Position numbers and translations under genes: made by a program
Shown: positions 43,197 through 54,105 of the stretch, in pieces
Layout of the letters: each line of letters begins with the position of its first letter
Position numbering within the stretch: position 1 is the first letter of the stretch
Assembly (NCBI GenBank): GCA_963665775.2
Contig: CAXXTF010000001.1
Location: forward strand, 416,001 to 480,000
Reading direction: 5' to 3'
Length of the DNA stretch: 64,000 nucleotides
From: Dehalococcoidia bacterium
GTDB taxonomy: Bacteria > Chloroflexota > Dehalococcoidia > SM23-28-2 > RBG-16-64-32
Notes under the pieces: generated by a model
Told to the model about the DNA's origin: nothing
Database searches by the model: none
What the model saw: only the letters and a program-made list of their open reading frames with translations

Positions 43197-44066
43197 CTAG
43201 CGGCAGACGATCTCCGGATGCCGCCGCAGCCGAGCCTCGATCTGATCCCGGCTGGGGATCGCTGTCGTGCCCTCTCCCTCGACGACGAAGGAGGCGGCGC
43301 AGGCGGCGAACCGCGTCGCTTTCCACATGTCCTCCGTCTCCCACAGGTGGATCAGGAACGCCGCGGCGAAGATATCGCCGGCGCCGGTGGGGTCTACGGC
43401 CTCGTGGGGGAAGGCGTCGATGTGTCGCCAGGCGCTTCTCAAGCAGACGTCAGCACCACGGTTGCCTCGGGTCAAGACCGTCGTCTCCACACGGAGGCTC
43501 CACTGGTGGAGGGCGGCGGTCGTCTCCGCCGTCGGTATGTCCTCCTCGGAAACGAATAGGGCGTGGGCGGGTCCAAGGAGAGGCTCGGCCCGCCAGCGGG
43601 AGGCGGGCAGTGGCCGCATCAGCGTGTCGGCGCCAATCTCCCGCAGCCAGCCCTGAGCGCTGATGCCCAGGAGGGAGTCGGAGAAGCACCCGGCCAGCCC
43701 CGCGTCTACTTCTCCGGCCACCGGGCCGAGCAGCACGATCGGGGTCTGCCGCCAGCTGTCCGGCAGGTACTGGGCCGTGATGGCGGTGGCGCGCTGGGGG
43801 ACGTACTGTTGGCGTCGCTCGTCAGTGTAGACGTTGCGGATGCGGGTGGTGCGGGGGCTGGGTACCGTCTGGCACTCGACCTCGGGCAACAGGTTCTCCA
43901 GGTCGAGGTTGTCGGCGGCCGCGGTGAGGACAGCTGCCCGTAGGCCCAGGCGCCTGGCAAGTTGGGAGGCGTAGGCCGCCGTCCCTCCCAGCCGCCAGGC
44001 CTCGGGGTCGTTCGGCGAAATCAGGTCCTGGACGACGTGGCCGACGACCAGGAACTGGGGGGGCAT
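43197..44066 (-). CDS. PfkB family carbohydrate kinase
   Basis: LGGTAAY, DPTGAGDIFAAAF. Confidence 0.9.
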   Translation of the reverse strand: MPPQFLVVGHVVQDLISPNDPEAWRLGGTAAYASQLARRLGLRAAVLTAAADNLDLENLLPEVECQTVPSPRTTRIRNVYTDERRQQYVPQRATAITAQYLPDSWRQTPIVLLGPVAGEVDAGLAGCFSDSLLGISAQGWLREIGADTLMRPLPASRWRAEPLLGPAHALFVSEEDIPTAETTAALHQWSLRVETTVLTRGNRGADVCLRSAWRHIDAFPHEAVDPTGAGDIFAAAFLIHLWETEDMWKATRFAACAASFVVEGEGTTAIPSRDQIEARLRRHPEIVCR

Positions 44067-44806
44067 CAGCTATCTGGTTGCGGCGACTGGCGGGGCCGTA
44101 TCACGACCTTGCGGCCATCGCCGGCGCCGACCGATCCGGTGCTAACATCAGGATCTTCGGCCAGGATTAGGTGGACGATGCGGCGTTCGGCAGGCGGCAT
44201 GGGCTCCAGGGTGATGGCTCGGCCCGACTGGCGCACCTGGTCGGCCATGCGGCTGGCCAAGCCGTACAAGGACTCCTCCCGGCGGCGGTGATAGTGCTCG
44301 ACGTCGACGCTGACCAGCACATGGCTCTGGGACTGGTGGCTGACCATCAGGTTCACGATGTACTGAAGGGCGGAAAGGGTGGTGCCGCGATGCCCGATGA
44401 GGAGCCCCAGGTCATCACCCTCGACGTCCAGGACGGCGGTAGCGCGGCCCAGGCCGTCGCCTGGGGTCTCCGGCCTCCGCACCGAAACATCGGCCTCGAT
44501 CTCCGCCAGCTCCAACAGCTGCCTCAGATAGTCCGCCGCCCGCTCCACCTCGGGAGAACTGATGTCCCCCACCTCGATCTCGACCTCTGTGTCGGGAACC
44601 TCCTCGCTGGGAGCGGGGCGGCCCATCCCCTCCTCCAGGGCCGTGACGCGGATGCGGGCCTGCTCTCCGCGCAGGCCGAACAGCCCCGGCTTGCCGGCGG
44701 TGAGGACTTCGATGTTAACCTGGCTGCGCTTGAGCCCTAGCTCTTCCAGGGCGTTGTCGATCGCCTCATCGACGGTTCTTGCGCTTACCTCTACGCTTTC
44801 TTCCAT
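44066..44806 (-). CDS. jag: Jag/EloR/KhpB RNA-binding protein
   Basis: Jag_N domain, KH (LLIGHRGTTLSALQ) and R3H (ERRIVH). Confidence 0.93.
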   Translation of the reverse strand: MEESVEVSARTVDEAIDNALEELGLKRSQVNIEVLTAGKPGLFGLRGEQARIRVTALEEGMGRPAPSEEVPDTEVEIEVGDISSPEVERAADYLRQLLELAEIEADVSVRRPETPGDGLGRATAVLDVEGDDLGLLIGHRGTTLSALQYIVNLMVSHQSQSHVLVSVDVEHYHRRREESLYGLASRMADQVRQSGRAITLEPMPPAERRIVHLILAEDPDVSTGSVGAGDGRKVVIRPRQSPQPDS

Positions 44807-45797
44807 AGGCACGCCTCGCTCTTTGTGGTTGGGCAGTGGTGAGGGCCGGCTCGCCGTCCTCCCCTTCCTCCCCTACCTCTTCGTCCGTGTTCGCTTGTGG
44901 CTCTGGGTGCGGTCGCCTGGCGGCTGGAGCTGGGGCCGGGGTCGGCATGGGATTGAGAAGCTGGCGCCAGCCCATGGCCTTTCGCCCGTAAACGTAGTAG
45001 CTGGCGAACAGGCTGAACACGTTGGAGACGACCCAGTATACGCCTACCCCGCTGGGCAAAGCCAGTGTAATCCAAACCATCATTATGGGCATCATCCAGG
45101 TCATCATCTGTTGCTGCTGCTGCTGTTGCGCGTTCATCGAGGGAGTCTGGCTGACCTTCGTCTGTACGTAAGTAGAGAGGCCGACCAGCAGGGGCAGGAT
45201 GTACGTCCCGTCCTTTTCACCCAGGTTCAGCCATAGGAAGCCCTGCTCCAGGGGCACGGACGCGGTCAGGAAAGACAAGGGGTAGAGCCGCCCCGAGAGG
45301 CCGATCAGGCTCTCCGGGCTGCCCCCAACCATGTTCGCCAGCGCCCGGTAGAGGGCGATGAACACCAGCATCTGAATGGCCATGGGCATAATGCACCCCA
45401 GAGGGTTGATGTGGTGCTCACGGTAGAGCTTGAGCATCTCCTCCTGGCGCCGCTTTGGGTCCTTGTATTTCTTCTGGACCTCCTGTATCCGCGGCTGGGC
45501 TGCCTGCATGGCGCGGGTGGACTGGAGCTGGCGGATGGTGAAGGGGAGGGTGACCAGCCGTAGGAGAAGGGTAAACAGGATGATGGCCAGGCCGAACTGC
45601 CCAAAGACGACGATGTTCAGGAGGATGAGGCCGTTGATCAGGGGGTTGATGAACCCGTTGTTCCAGGCGACGCCCGGGCCGAGGACGACGAAGGCCCCGA
45701 CGATGGTCAGGATGACCGCGATGAACAGTATATTGCTGACGTTCCTGGGACGGGGCAGGGAGGGAGTGGGAGCGGTGGTGGTGGGGCTCTGGCTCAC
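44766..45797 (-). CDS. yidC: YidC/Oxa1 membrane insertase
   Basis: FGLAIILFT, QPRIQEVQKKYK, INPLGC, FLWLNL, PSGVGVYW. Confidence 0.93.
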   Translation of the reverse strand: MSQSPTTTAPTPSLPRPRNVSNILFIAVILTIVGAFVVLGPGVAWNNGFINPLINGLILLNIVVFGQFGLAIILFTLLLRLVTLPFTIRQLQSTRAMQAAQPRIQEVQKKYKDPKRRQEEMLKLYREHHINPLGCIMPMAIQMLVFIALYRALANMVGGSPESLIGLSGRLYPLSFLTASVPLEQGFLWLNLGEKDGTYILPLLVGLSTYVQTKVSQTPSMNAQQQQQQQMMTWMMPIMMVWITLALPSGVGVYWVVSNVFSLFASYYVYGRKAMGWRQLLNPMPTPAPAPAARRPHPEPQANTDEEVGEEGEDGEPALTTAQPQRARRAYGRKRRGKRKNRR

Positions 45798-46936
45798 GGC
45801 CGCACCTCCACTGGCTCACTGAGTCCAGTGGCAGATTTAACCGTGAACAGGGCCCCACCCTGGGCCAATATGAGAACCTTAACGTCATCCAGGAACATCG
45901 GGTTGGCGAGGACGGTCGTGCTATCCTTGTTAATTCTCGTCCTAGAGGGCCCCCACTTACGGCTCCCCGATGTCGGGTCCAGCCCGTAGAGGTTCCCCTT
46001 TCGGTCCACCACGATCAACACGTCTCCAGCTAGGAGTGGAGAGGCCCGCACTCTCGCCTCGGTCTCAAAGGCCCACATCTCATTCCCCGCCAGGTCCAGG
46101 GCGTAGACGTGGCTGTCAAGGTTGGACACGTATATCGTGCCCTCAGCCACCAGGGGTTGACCCCAGAACCAGCTGCCGGCCTCGAACGACCACTTCACAG
46201 CGCCGGTTTCCGGGTCAAGAGCGTACAGGTGGCGGTCGATGCCGCCCACGAGCAGCGTGTCTTCATCGGCCAGCACCGGGTCGGTCAGCAGGCCGGCGTC
46301 GGCCTCGAAGGGCTCCTGCCAGAGGGTTTCGAGGGTGTGGGCGTCCAGCTTATAGAGCTTGCCGTTGACGGAGGGCACGTACAGCACGGAATCCGTCGCC
46401 AGGGGGGCGGCCCATATGCTGTCGCCCGTGTCGAAAGGGGGCAGCATTTCCCTGCCGGTGGCGGCGTCCAGGGCGTACAGCTTGCCGTCGTCGGAGCCGA
46501 CGAAGATGGTGCCGCCGGCCAGGGCCAGACCGCCGATGATCGGCCCGTCCGTCCGGAAGGTCCAGCTGATGGAGCCGTCCCCGGCGTTCAGGGCGTAGAC
46601 CTTGCCGTCGTAACCGGCGAAGTAGACGAACTCTCCGGTGACTATGGGGGCGTGGTATATCGCCTCCAGCTCCAGCTTTCCGTATGTCGCCTCCAGCCTT
46701 CGCTTCTCGTCCTCATCTTCCGGAGGGAAGATCCAGGTTGTTGAGTAGTCGTCATCAGCCGCGTCCAAGGCGGCCATCTTACCGTTGTCGATGCTGGCGA
46801 AAAGGGTGCCGTCCACCTGGCTTGGGGCCGCCCATCCCTCGGGGTCGGCCACATTCACGCAAGCGGCGGCGACAAGGAAGAGAGTAGCCAGCACCGCCAG
46901 CCCTGCCAGGGAGTGTCTATGTCCTTTGGAGTGGAT
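45794..46936 (-). CDS. PQQ-type beta-propeller lipoprotein (BamB-like); proposed ATC start 46936
   Basis: Lipobox-like VAAAC and repeats DGKVYALNA.DG...W.F. AAGGAGG lies 7 nt before ATC. Confidence 0.82.
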   Translation of the reverse strand: MHSKGHRHSLAGLAVLATLFLVAAACVNVADPEGWAAPSQVDGTLFASIDNGKMAALDAADDDYSTTWIFPPEDEDEKRRLEATYGKLELEAIYHAPIVTGEFVYFAGYDGKVYALNAGDGSISWTFRTDGPIIGGLALAGGTIFVGSDDGKLYALDAATGREMLPPFDTGDSIWAAPLATDSVLYVPSVNGKLYKLDAHTLETLWQEPFEADAGLLTDPVLADEDTLLVGGIDRHLYALDPETGAVKWSFEAGSWFWGQPLVAEGTIYVSNLDSHVYALDLAGNEMWAFETEARVRASPLLAGDVLIVVDRKGNLYGLDPTSGSRKWGPSRTRINKDSTTVLANPMFLDDVKVLILAQGGALFTVKSATGLSEPVEVRP

Positions 46937-46976
46937 CGGTCTTCCTCCTTGGGTAGCGCCACCGCTGGGAGAGATA

Positions 46977-47186
46977 TCAAGGGACAGGGTCGTGGCCGCC
47001 GTGGTTGAACGGGTTGCAGCGAATTAGCCGCCACACAGTGAGACCTAGCCCCCTCAGCATGCCGTGCCGCTCAATCGCCTCGTAGCCGTAGTGAGAGCAG
47101 GTGGGCTGGAAGCGACAGGCCGACGGTCGCGAGGGGGAGAGGCGCCGCTGATACTGCCGTATCAGGTTCAGTGCCAGCCGGGTCAA
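46977..47186 (-). CDS. yidD: Membrane protein insertion efficiency factor YidD
   Basis: YQRRLSP...[10 protein letters not shown]...[14 protein letters not shown]. Its TTG overlaps the rnpA stop. Confidence 0.92.
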   Translation of the reverse strand: MTRLALNLIRQYQRRLSPSRPSACRFQPTCSHYGYEAIERHGMLRGLGLTVWRLIRCNPFNHGGHDPVP

Positions 47187-47548
47187 GGGTGGGCTTTTCC
47201 TGGTGGCGCTTCTTGGCCCAGCATGCTGGCGCTGGCGAACAGTTCGGCTACCGCCTCCTTCAGCGCGTGGAAGTCTGACCGCGCGGCGGGCACCTTGGCC
47301 GAGATGACCACGTCCCAGCCCGCGCGCACGGGCAGAGAGCGCACGGCTTCCCGCAGGCGGCGGCGGACCCGGTTGCGCACGACGGCCCCGCCCAGACGCT
47401 TGCTGGTTATGAAGCCGTAGCGGTTGTGCTCCAGTTGGTTGGGCAAGTTTCTCAGCACCAGTAGTTGGTTGGTCCACGTACGTCTCCGCTGGAAAACGGC
47501 GTCGAACTCTCTTCGACGGCGCAGCCGTAGCTGTCTGCGCATGGCCAC
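47183..47548 (-). CDS. rnpA: Ribonuclease P protein component
   Basis: [27 protein letters not shown]. Confidence 0.95.
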   Translation of the reverse strand: MAMRRQLRLRRRREFDAVFQRRRTWTNQLLVLRNLPNQLEHNRYGFITSKRLGGAVVRNRVRRRLREAVRSLPVRAGWDVVISAKVPAARSDFHALKEAVAELFASASMLGQEAPPGKAHP

Positions 47549-47570
47549 TCAGATCCGGGGAGAGGCCCCC

Positions 47571-47708
47571 TCAGACAGCGAGCCGCCATCTGCCCTTGAG
47601 AATGCGACGCTTGAGGACTGCCTTGCCGTTACGGGTGCTATTTCGGGCCATGAAGCCATGGCGGCGCTTCCGGTGACGCCTTTTGGGCTGATAGGTCCGC
47701 TTGGGCAA
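47571..47708 (-). CDS. rpmH: 50S ribosomal protein L34 (not in ORF track)
   Basis: [52 protein letters not shown], with TTGACC-N18-TATAAT upstream. Confidence 0.95.
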   Translation of the reverse strand: MPKRTYQPKRRHRKRRHGFMARNSTRNGKAVLKRRILKGRWRLAV

Positions 47709-47860
47709 AGGGGTCCTCCACTCTCCCGACAAAACCGTGCCCCGTAAGGACGGGGCTTCGCATATTATAAGGCGGGCGTCTAAGCTTGGTCAACGCGATG
47801 GCGCCTGTAGTGGGAGCAAGGTCGGCGGGTTGCGGCCGGTCACTCCGGCCGTCTTTCACT

Positions 47861-49687
<1,827 letters not shown>

Positions 49688-49716
49688 CTATCCCGGCGAA
49701 GGGTGGCTCAAGGCTC

Positions 49717-50915
49717 ATGCGAAAGTTAGCCACGTTCTTCGCCCTCACCTTCGTCGCCCTTGTGGCCGCCTGCGGTGGCAACTCGGAAGAAATCACTTCT
49801 ACGCCGACGCCAACCGGCACCCCAACGCCGGGCGACAGCCCTACGCCAAGCGCCACCGCTATCCCAACTCCTGAGCCGACACCCAGTCCGACGCCCGAAC
49901 CAACACCCTCCCCCAACCCGACGCCAGGCCCAGGGCGAATTGTGTTTTGGCGCATGTTCTCGCGCTATGTTGGAGCAGAACGGGAGCTTTACATTATGAA
50001 CCCGGACGGGTCCGGCCTCACTCTTCTCACTGGTGGTGTCGTGGCTGACAGGGGATTTCCGTCCGAAGACACGGACGGAAATCCCCTGTCAGCCACGAAG
50101 GCAACGATGACATCTACATCTTGAACATCGATGACGGGCAGTTGATAAACCTCAGCAATAATCCAGCGCGGGATTGGGAGCCCACCTGGTCTCCGGACGG
50201 TACCCAGCTTGCGTTTGCCTCAGATCGCGATGGCGACTGGGAGATCTACGTGATAAACGTTGATGGCTCCGGCCAGACCAAGCTCACCGACAATCTTATC
50301 TCTGACAGAAATCCGGACTGGTCGCCTCATGACGCGAAGATCGCATTCTACAGGGCTACGCCCGAATCTAGCCCCGCAGATTTGGACGGTGATTTGTTCG
50401 TCATTAACTCCGACGGGACGGGAATCCAGCAGCTAACCGACAGCTCCGATGTGCAGGTACTGGGGGCCAAATGGTCCCCAGATGGCAGTCGTATCGCGAT
50501 CCAGGACTTGCGGGACATCTACGTCACGAATGGCGACGGGTCCGGTCTCACGAAACTGACTGACAGTCCCCGTCAGTCCATTTGGTTTTCCTGGTCCCCT
50601 GACAGCAGCAGGTTGGCTTTCCAAGAGGGCGAGGGCGATATTGACACCTACAACCTGGATATCTACATCATAAACGCCGATGGTTCGGGCCTTATGAGGC
50701 TCACCAGCGATCCTGGGCATGACGTGTTTGCAAAGTGGTCACCGGCTGGCACAGAGATCGCATTCGCTAGCCGCCCTCGAGAGAAGCCGGGAGAGAACGA
50801 TTCTCTACCCGCCGGTGATTTATGGGTTATCAACGTGGATGGCAGCAGTCTCACACGCCTCACAGACGATCATCCTGGGGCGGACTTAGCCATCGCTTGG
50901 GTTCCAGCACCGTAG
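49717..50915 (+). pseudogene. TolB-like (PD40/WD40-like) beta-propeller lipoprotein, frameshifted at a palindromic insertion
   Basis: Lipobox-like LVAAC, a PT linker and the first blade are in one frame (to 50124). WSPDG repeats continue in another frame ([10 protein letters not shown]...). Confidence 0.75.
50039..50098. repeat. Perfect inverted repeat, 27-bp arms, 6-nt loop
   Basis: TCGTGGCTGACAGGGGATTTCCGTCCG-aagaca-CGGACGGAAATCCCCTGTCAGCCACGA. Confidence 0.95.
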
Positions 50916-50961
50916 GGCCTCGGCCCTCGTGCCTAGGCCCCCGACCGGCTATACTGGCCTC

Positions 50962-52248
50962 GTGAGTATAGCCCCGGAGATCAGCGAGCTGGACGGCGGC
51001 CTGCGGGTCGTGACTACCCCCATGCCCACGGCCCAGTCGGTTAGCGTCAACGTGTTCGTGGGGGCCGGCGCCCGCGGCGAGGAGGAGCGCACCCAGGGGC
51101 TGGCCCACTTCCTGGAGCACATGGTGTTCAAGGGGACGTCCAGGCGCCGTACCGCCATCGACATCGCGGAGGCGATCGAGGGGGCGGGCGGCGTCCTCAA
51201 CGCCTACACCGCCAAGGAGCTCACCTGCTACTGGAACCATGTCCCCTACGACCAGCTGGAGCTGGCCGTGGACGTGCTGGCCGACATGCTTCATAACTCC
51301 CTGCTCGACCCCGAGGAGATCGACCGCGAGCGCTCTGTCGTGCAGCAGGAGATCAAGCGGACGCAGGATCAGCCCGGCGCCTGGGTGGCGGAGTTGCTGG
51401 GCCGGGCGGTGTTCGGGGAGCAGCCGCTGGGCTGGCCCACTGCGGGGTCGGAGGAGACGGTAGCCGGTCTGGGACAGGACGACTTCCGGGCCTGGATGGA
51501 GAGCTGGTACGGCTCGCCGAACCTCGTCGTGAGCGTGGCCGGAAACACCTCGCACGAGGCGGTGGTGGCGTTGGCGGAGCGCCACTTCGCCAACAGCCAC
51601 CGACGGCCGGCGCCACCGATGCCTCGCCTGAACGGAGGCCTACCGGCGCGACGCGCTATCGCCGATGCGCGGCCCGTCAGCCAGGCGAACGTGGCGCTGG
51701 GGATGCCATCGCTGTCGCGCCTGGACCCGGATCGCTACGCCCTGATGGTGCTGAACACCGTTCTCGGTCGGGGGATGAGCTCGCGCCTGTTCAAGGAGGT
51801 GCGGGAACGGCGGGGATTGGCCTATTCGGTAGGCTCATCGATGTCGCGGCACTCGGACATTGGGATGTTCGCCGTATCGGCAGGCGTCTCTCCAGAGAAG
51901 CTGGAGGAGGCGGTGCGAGTGATCCTGGAGGAGCTGGAGAAGCTGGTACAGACGCCGGTCGGAGACGATGAGCTGACGAAGGCGCAGGACTACGCCGTGG
52001 GGAGCTTTCGGCTTAGCCTGGAGACGGCCATGGCCCTCGGTCAGCGGGCGGGCGAGAGCCTGTTGACGCTGGGCGAGATCGAGCCGGTCGAAACCGTCGT
52101 GGAGCGGCTGCGCGGGGTCAGCGCGGAGGACATCCTGCGGGTGGCGCGCCGGGTGCTGGTGCCGGAGAAGGTAGCGCTGGCGGTGGTAGGGCCGGAGGTG
52201 GAGGAAGGGTCGCTGCTTGAGCTGCTAGACGGGGCCAGCACGAACTAG
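50962..52248 (+). CDS. M16 family zinc peptidase
   Basis: GLAHFLEHMVFKGT, NAYT, SSRLFKEVRERRGLAY. GTG lies 6 nt after TATACT. Confidence 0.92.
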   Translation: MSIAPEISELDGGLRVVTTPMPTAQSVSVNVFVGAGARGEEERTQGLAHFLEHMVFKGTSRRRTAIDIAEAIEGAGGVLNAYTAKELTCYWNHVPYDQLELAVDVLADMLHNSLLDPEEIDRERSVVQQEIKRTQDQPGAWVAELLGRAVFGEQPLGWPTAGSEETVAGLGQDDFRAWMESWYGSPNLVVSVAGNTSHEAVVALAERHFANSHRRPAPPMPRLNGGLPARRAIADARPVSQANVALGMPSLSRLDPDRYALMVLNTVLGRGMSSRLFKEVRERRGLAYSVGSSMSRHSDIGMFAVSAGVSPEKLEEAVRVILEELEKLVQTPVGDDELTKAQDYAVGSFRLSLETAMALGQRAGESLLTLGEIEPVETVVERLRGVSAEDILRVARRVLVPEKVALAVVGPEVEEGSLLELLDGASTN

Positions 52249-52733
52249 CTCTGCTCCCGATCGGCCAGAAAGCGCTCCCAGCGCTTTCGCGCCAATGATT
52301 CGCCCCAGTGATAGCCCAGGGTGTCGCCCACGCTGTTGGCCAGGTTGGCCGACAAGAGGTAGAAAAAGGCGAGGAGGGCTATGAAGCCGATGATCGCCCA
52401 CGTGGTGGCCCCGAAGAAGATCAGGGGCAGCACGGCAACTATCACGCCCCCGGTCAGGCCTCCCCAGGCGAAGCTCCATACGGCCCACGAGGCGCGGGAG
52501 CGCCGTGCCCGGCACATGTCGATGACCTCGTCCGGGATGCGAGAGGCGGCGGGCCGGTCGGCGGTTGAACCATCGCAGTGGGGGCAGCGATCGCGCTCTG
52601 GGGCCAGGGGATGGTAGCAATGGCCGCAGAAGCGGCCGGCGTTGGGGGACCGGCCCTGGAGGATATCCTCCATCAGGGCGAGTAGCCGCTGAGAGAACAC
52701 ATCCCGCGCAGCTTCTGTTTGGAGGTCGGTCAC
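52245..52733 (-). CDS. Hypothetical zinc-ribbon membrane protein
   Basis: CGHC...CPHC followed by two TM helices. SD AGGAGG. Confidence 0.75.
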   Translation of the reverse strand: MTDLQTEAARDVFSQRLLALMEDILQGRSPNAGRFCGHCYHPLAPERDRCPHCDGSTADRPAASRIPDEVIDMCRARRSRASWAVWSFAWGGLTGGVIVAVLPLIFFGATTWAIIGFIALLAFFYLLSANLANSVGDTLGYHWGESLARKRWERFLADREQS

Positions 52734-52807
52734 GGGAGGACCTCCTTCGGCTGCGCTGGCTTCCAGTTTCGAGTCCCGGCGCGTTACTCTCGCTCCCGTT
52801 CCGACGA

Positions 52808-53211
52808 CTAGTCGGCGATGCCGGAGTGAACGTGCTCCGGCTCTATGACCATGATCAGGCGCTGCTCTTCCGGCGAACGGAAGGGGTGGCGATCCTGGCC
52901 CAGATACTTCTTCGCCAGCTGATCTATGTGGGCGTCCGCCCCTTCGGCTGTGATCGCCACCACCCTACCGCGGATAGTGGCGGTTGAGTAAGGATTCTCC
53001 TGGTCGGTGATCGATACGGACACGCGGGGGTCGCGGCGAGCGTTGCGGGGCTTCACGCGGCCCTCGGCAGTGTTAACCAGGATGCGGTCGCCATCCACGT
53101 CGACCCAGACGACCGTGACGTGGGGGAGCCATCTGGCATCAGGGTGGCCAGGTGGGCGTAGTTGGGTGCCTGGAACAGCTTGCGGACTCCTTCTGGGAGG
53201 GCTGCGGGCAT
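52808..53211 (-). pseudogene. PPOX-class F420-dependent oxidoreductase with a single-base frameshift
   Basis: SD AAGGAG plus ATG 53211 reads MPAALPEGVRKLFQAPNYAHLATLMPDGSP. HVTVVWVDVDGDRILVNT...RDPRVS continues in another frame after a 5-nt homopolymer at 53122-53126. Confidence 0.8.
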
Positions 53212-53299
53212 ACCGGATCTCCTTTCATAGCGTAGCGACGTCGCGAAACTCCAGGGCAGCAGGTATAGCTTAGCGCGCGGGCCCTCTTGTGGCCAAGGG

Positions 53300-53575
53300 T
53301 CAGACCTCCTCGTGCCCGATCGTCCGTCCCGGCGCGATGCGGTCGCGCAGGAGGCGCTTCACCTCGCTCGCTTCAGGCATCCGCTTCGTATCGCGGTTGG
53401 TGGCGATGGTCTCGCCGTCCAGGGCGATCTCGAAGATGCCGCCGGAGGCAGGAACCAGGGCTACCTCTCCCAGCTCCTGCTCGAAGGTCGTGAGCAGCTC
53501 CTGGGCCAGCCAGGCGGCGCGCAGTAGGAACTTGCATTGGGTGCAGTAGCGAATCTCCAGGCGTGCGGTCGTCAT
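53300..53575 (-). CDS. SelT/SelW/SelH (Rdx) family protein, Cys form
   Basis: EIRYCTQC.FLLRAAWLAQELL...GGIFEI. Confidence 0.9.
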   Translation of the reverse strand: MTTARLEIRYCTQCKFLLRAAWLAQELLTTFEQELGEVALVPASGGIFEIALDGETIATNRDTKRMPEASEVKRLLRDRIAPGRTIGHEEV

Positions 53576-53590
53576 AGCCTTAGGCCCCAA

Positions 53591-54100
53591 TTATATCGGT
53601 TGGAAAGAATACTCGTGGTTGCTCAGGAGAGCGGCGGCAAACACCACGGCCACGCTGAACAGCAGGCCCAGGGAGCTGAGGATGATGGAGGTGCGCCGTA
53701 ACCGCCCCACCTCGGCGTTGTCGGACACCATCTCCTCCTGCATCTGTAGCAAGCGCGGCCCGATCACCTTGGTGTGGAGGGCGGTGAATAGGATGGCCAG
53801 GCCGACCAGCACCATCTTGGTCGTGAAGATATAGAAGTAGCGGTTATCGGGGTCGAACGCGTCGGGGTTTTCATCCGCCTCCTGGAAGGCGTTGGAGATG
53901 CCGCTGAGGACGATGACGGCCATGGCGATCCAGGCCAGACGGCTGAACCTTGTGGTGATCAGGCGCATGACCCGTAGCCGCACCTGCGCGTCTTCGATGA
54001 GGCGCACGGCGGGGACGGTGACCAGGAACATGAAGAACTGCGGGCCCAACCAGATCGTCACGGCTACGATGTGAATCCAGGGGGTTATGGCTTCAGACAT
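53591..54100 (-). CDS. CopD/DUF4149-like 4-TM membrane protein
   Basis: WIHIVAVTIWLG...P...F...SG...K...H pattern. Confidence 0.7.
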   Translation of the reverse strand: MSEAITPWIHIVAVTIWLGPQFFMFLVTVPAVRLIEDAQVRLRVMRLITTRFSRLAWIAMAVIVLSGISNAFQEADENPDAFDPDNRYFYIFTTKMVLVGLAILFTALHTKVIGPRLLQMQEEMVSDNAEVGRLRRTSIILSSLGLLFSVAVVFAAALLSNHEYSFQPI

Positions 54101-54105
54101 CGGTT

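Noticed and set aside
52222-52245. Additional REP-like copy at the end of the M16 gene (also weak matches near 61520 and 63846)
   Set aside because: Too degenerate to separate from chance.
53300-53575. Possible selenoprotein (SelW family)
   Set aside because: The motif is CTQC with Cys codons and there is no in-frame TGA.
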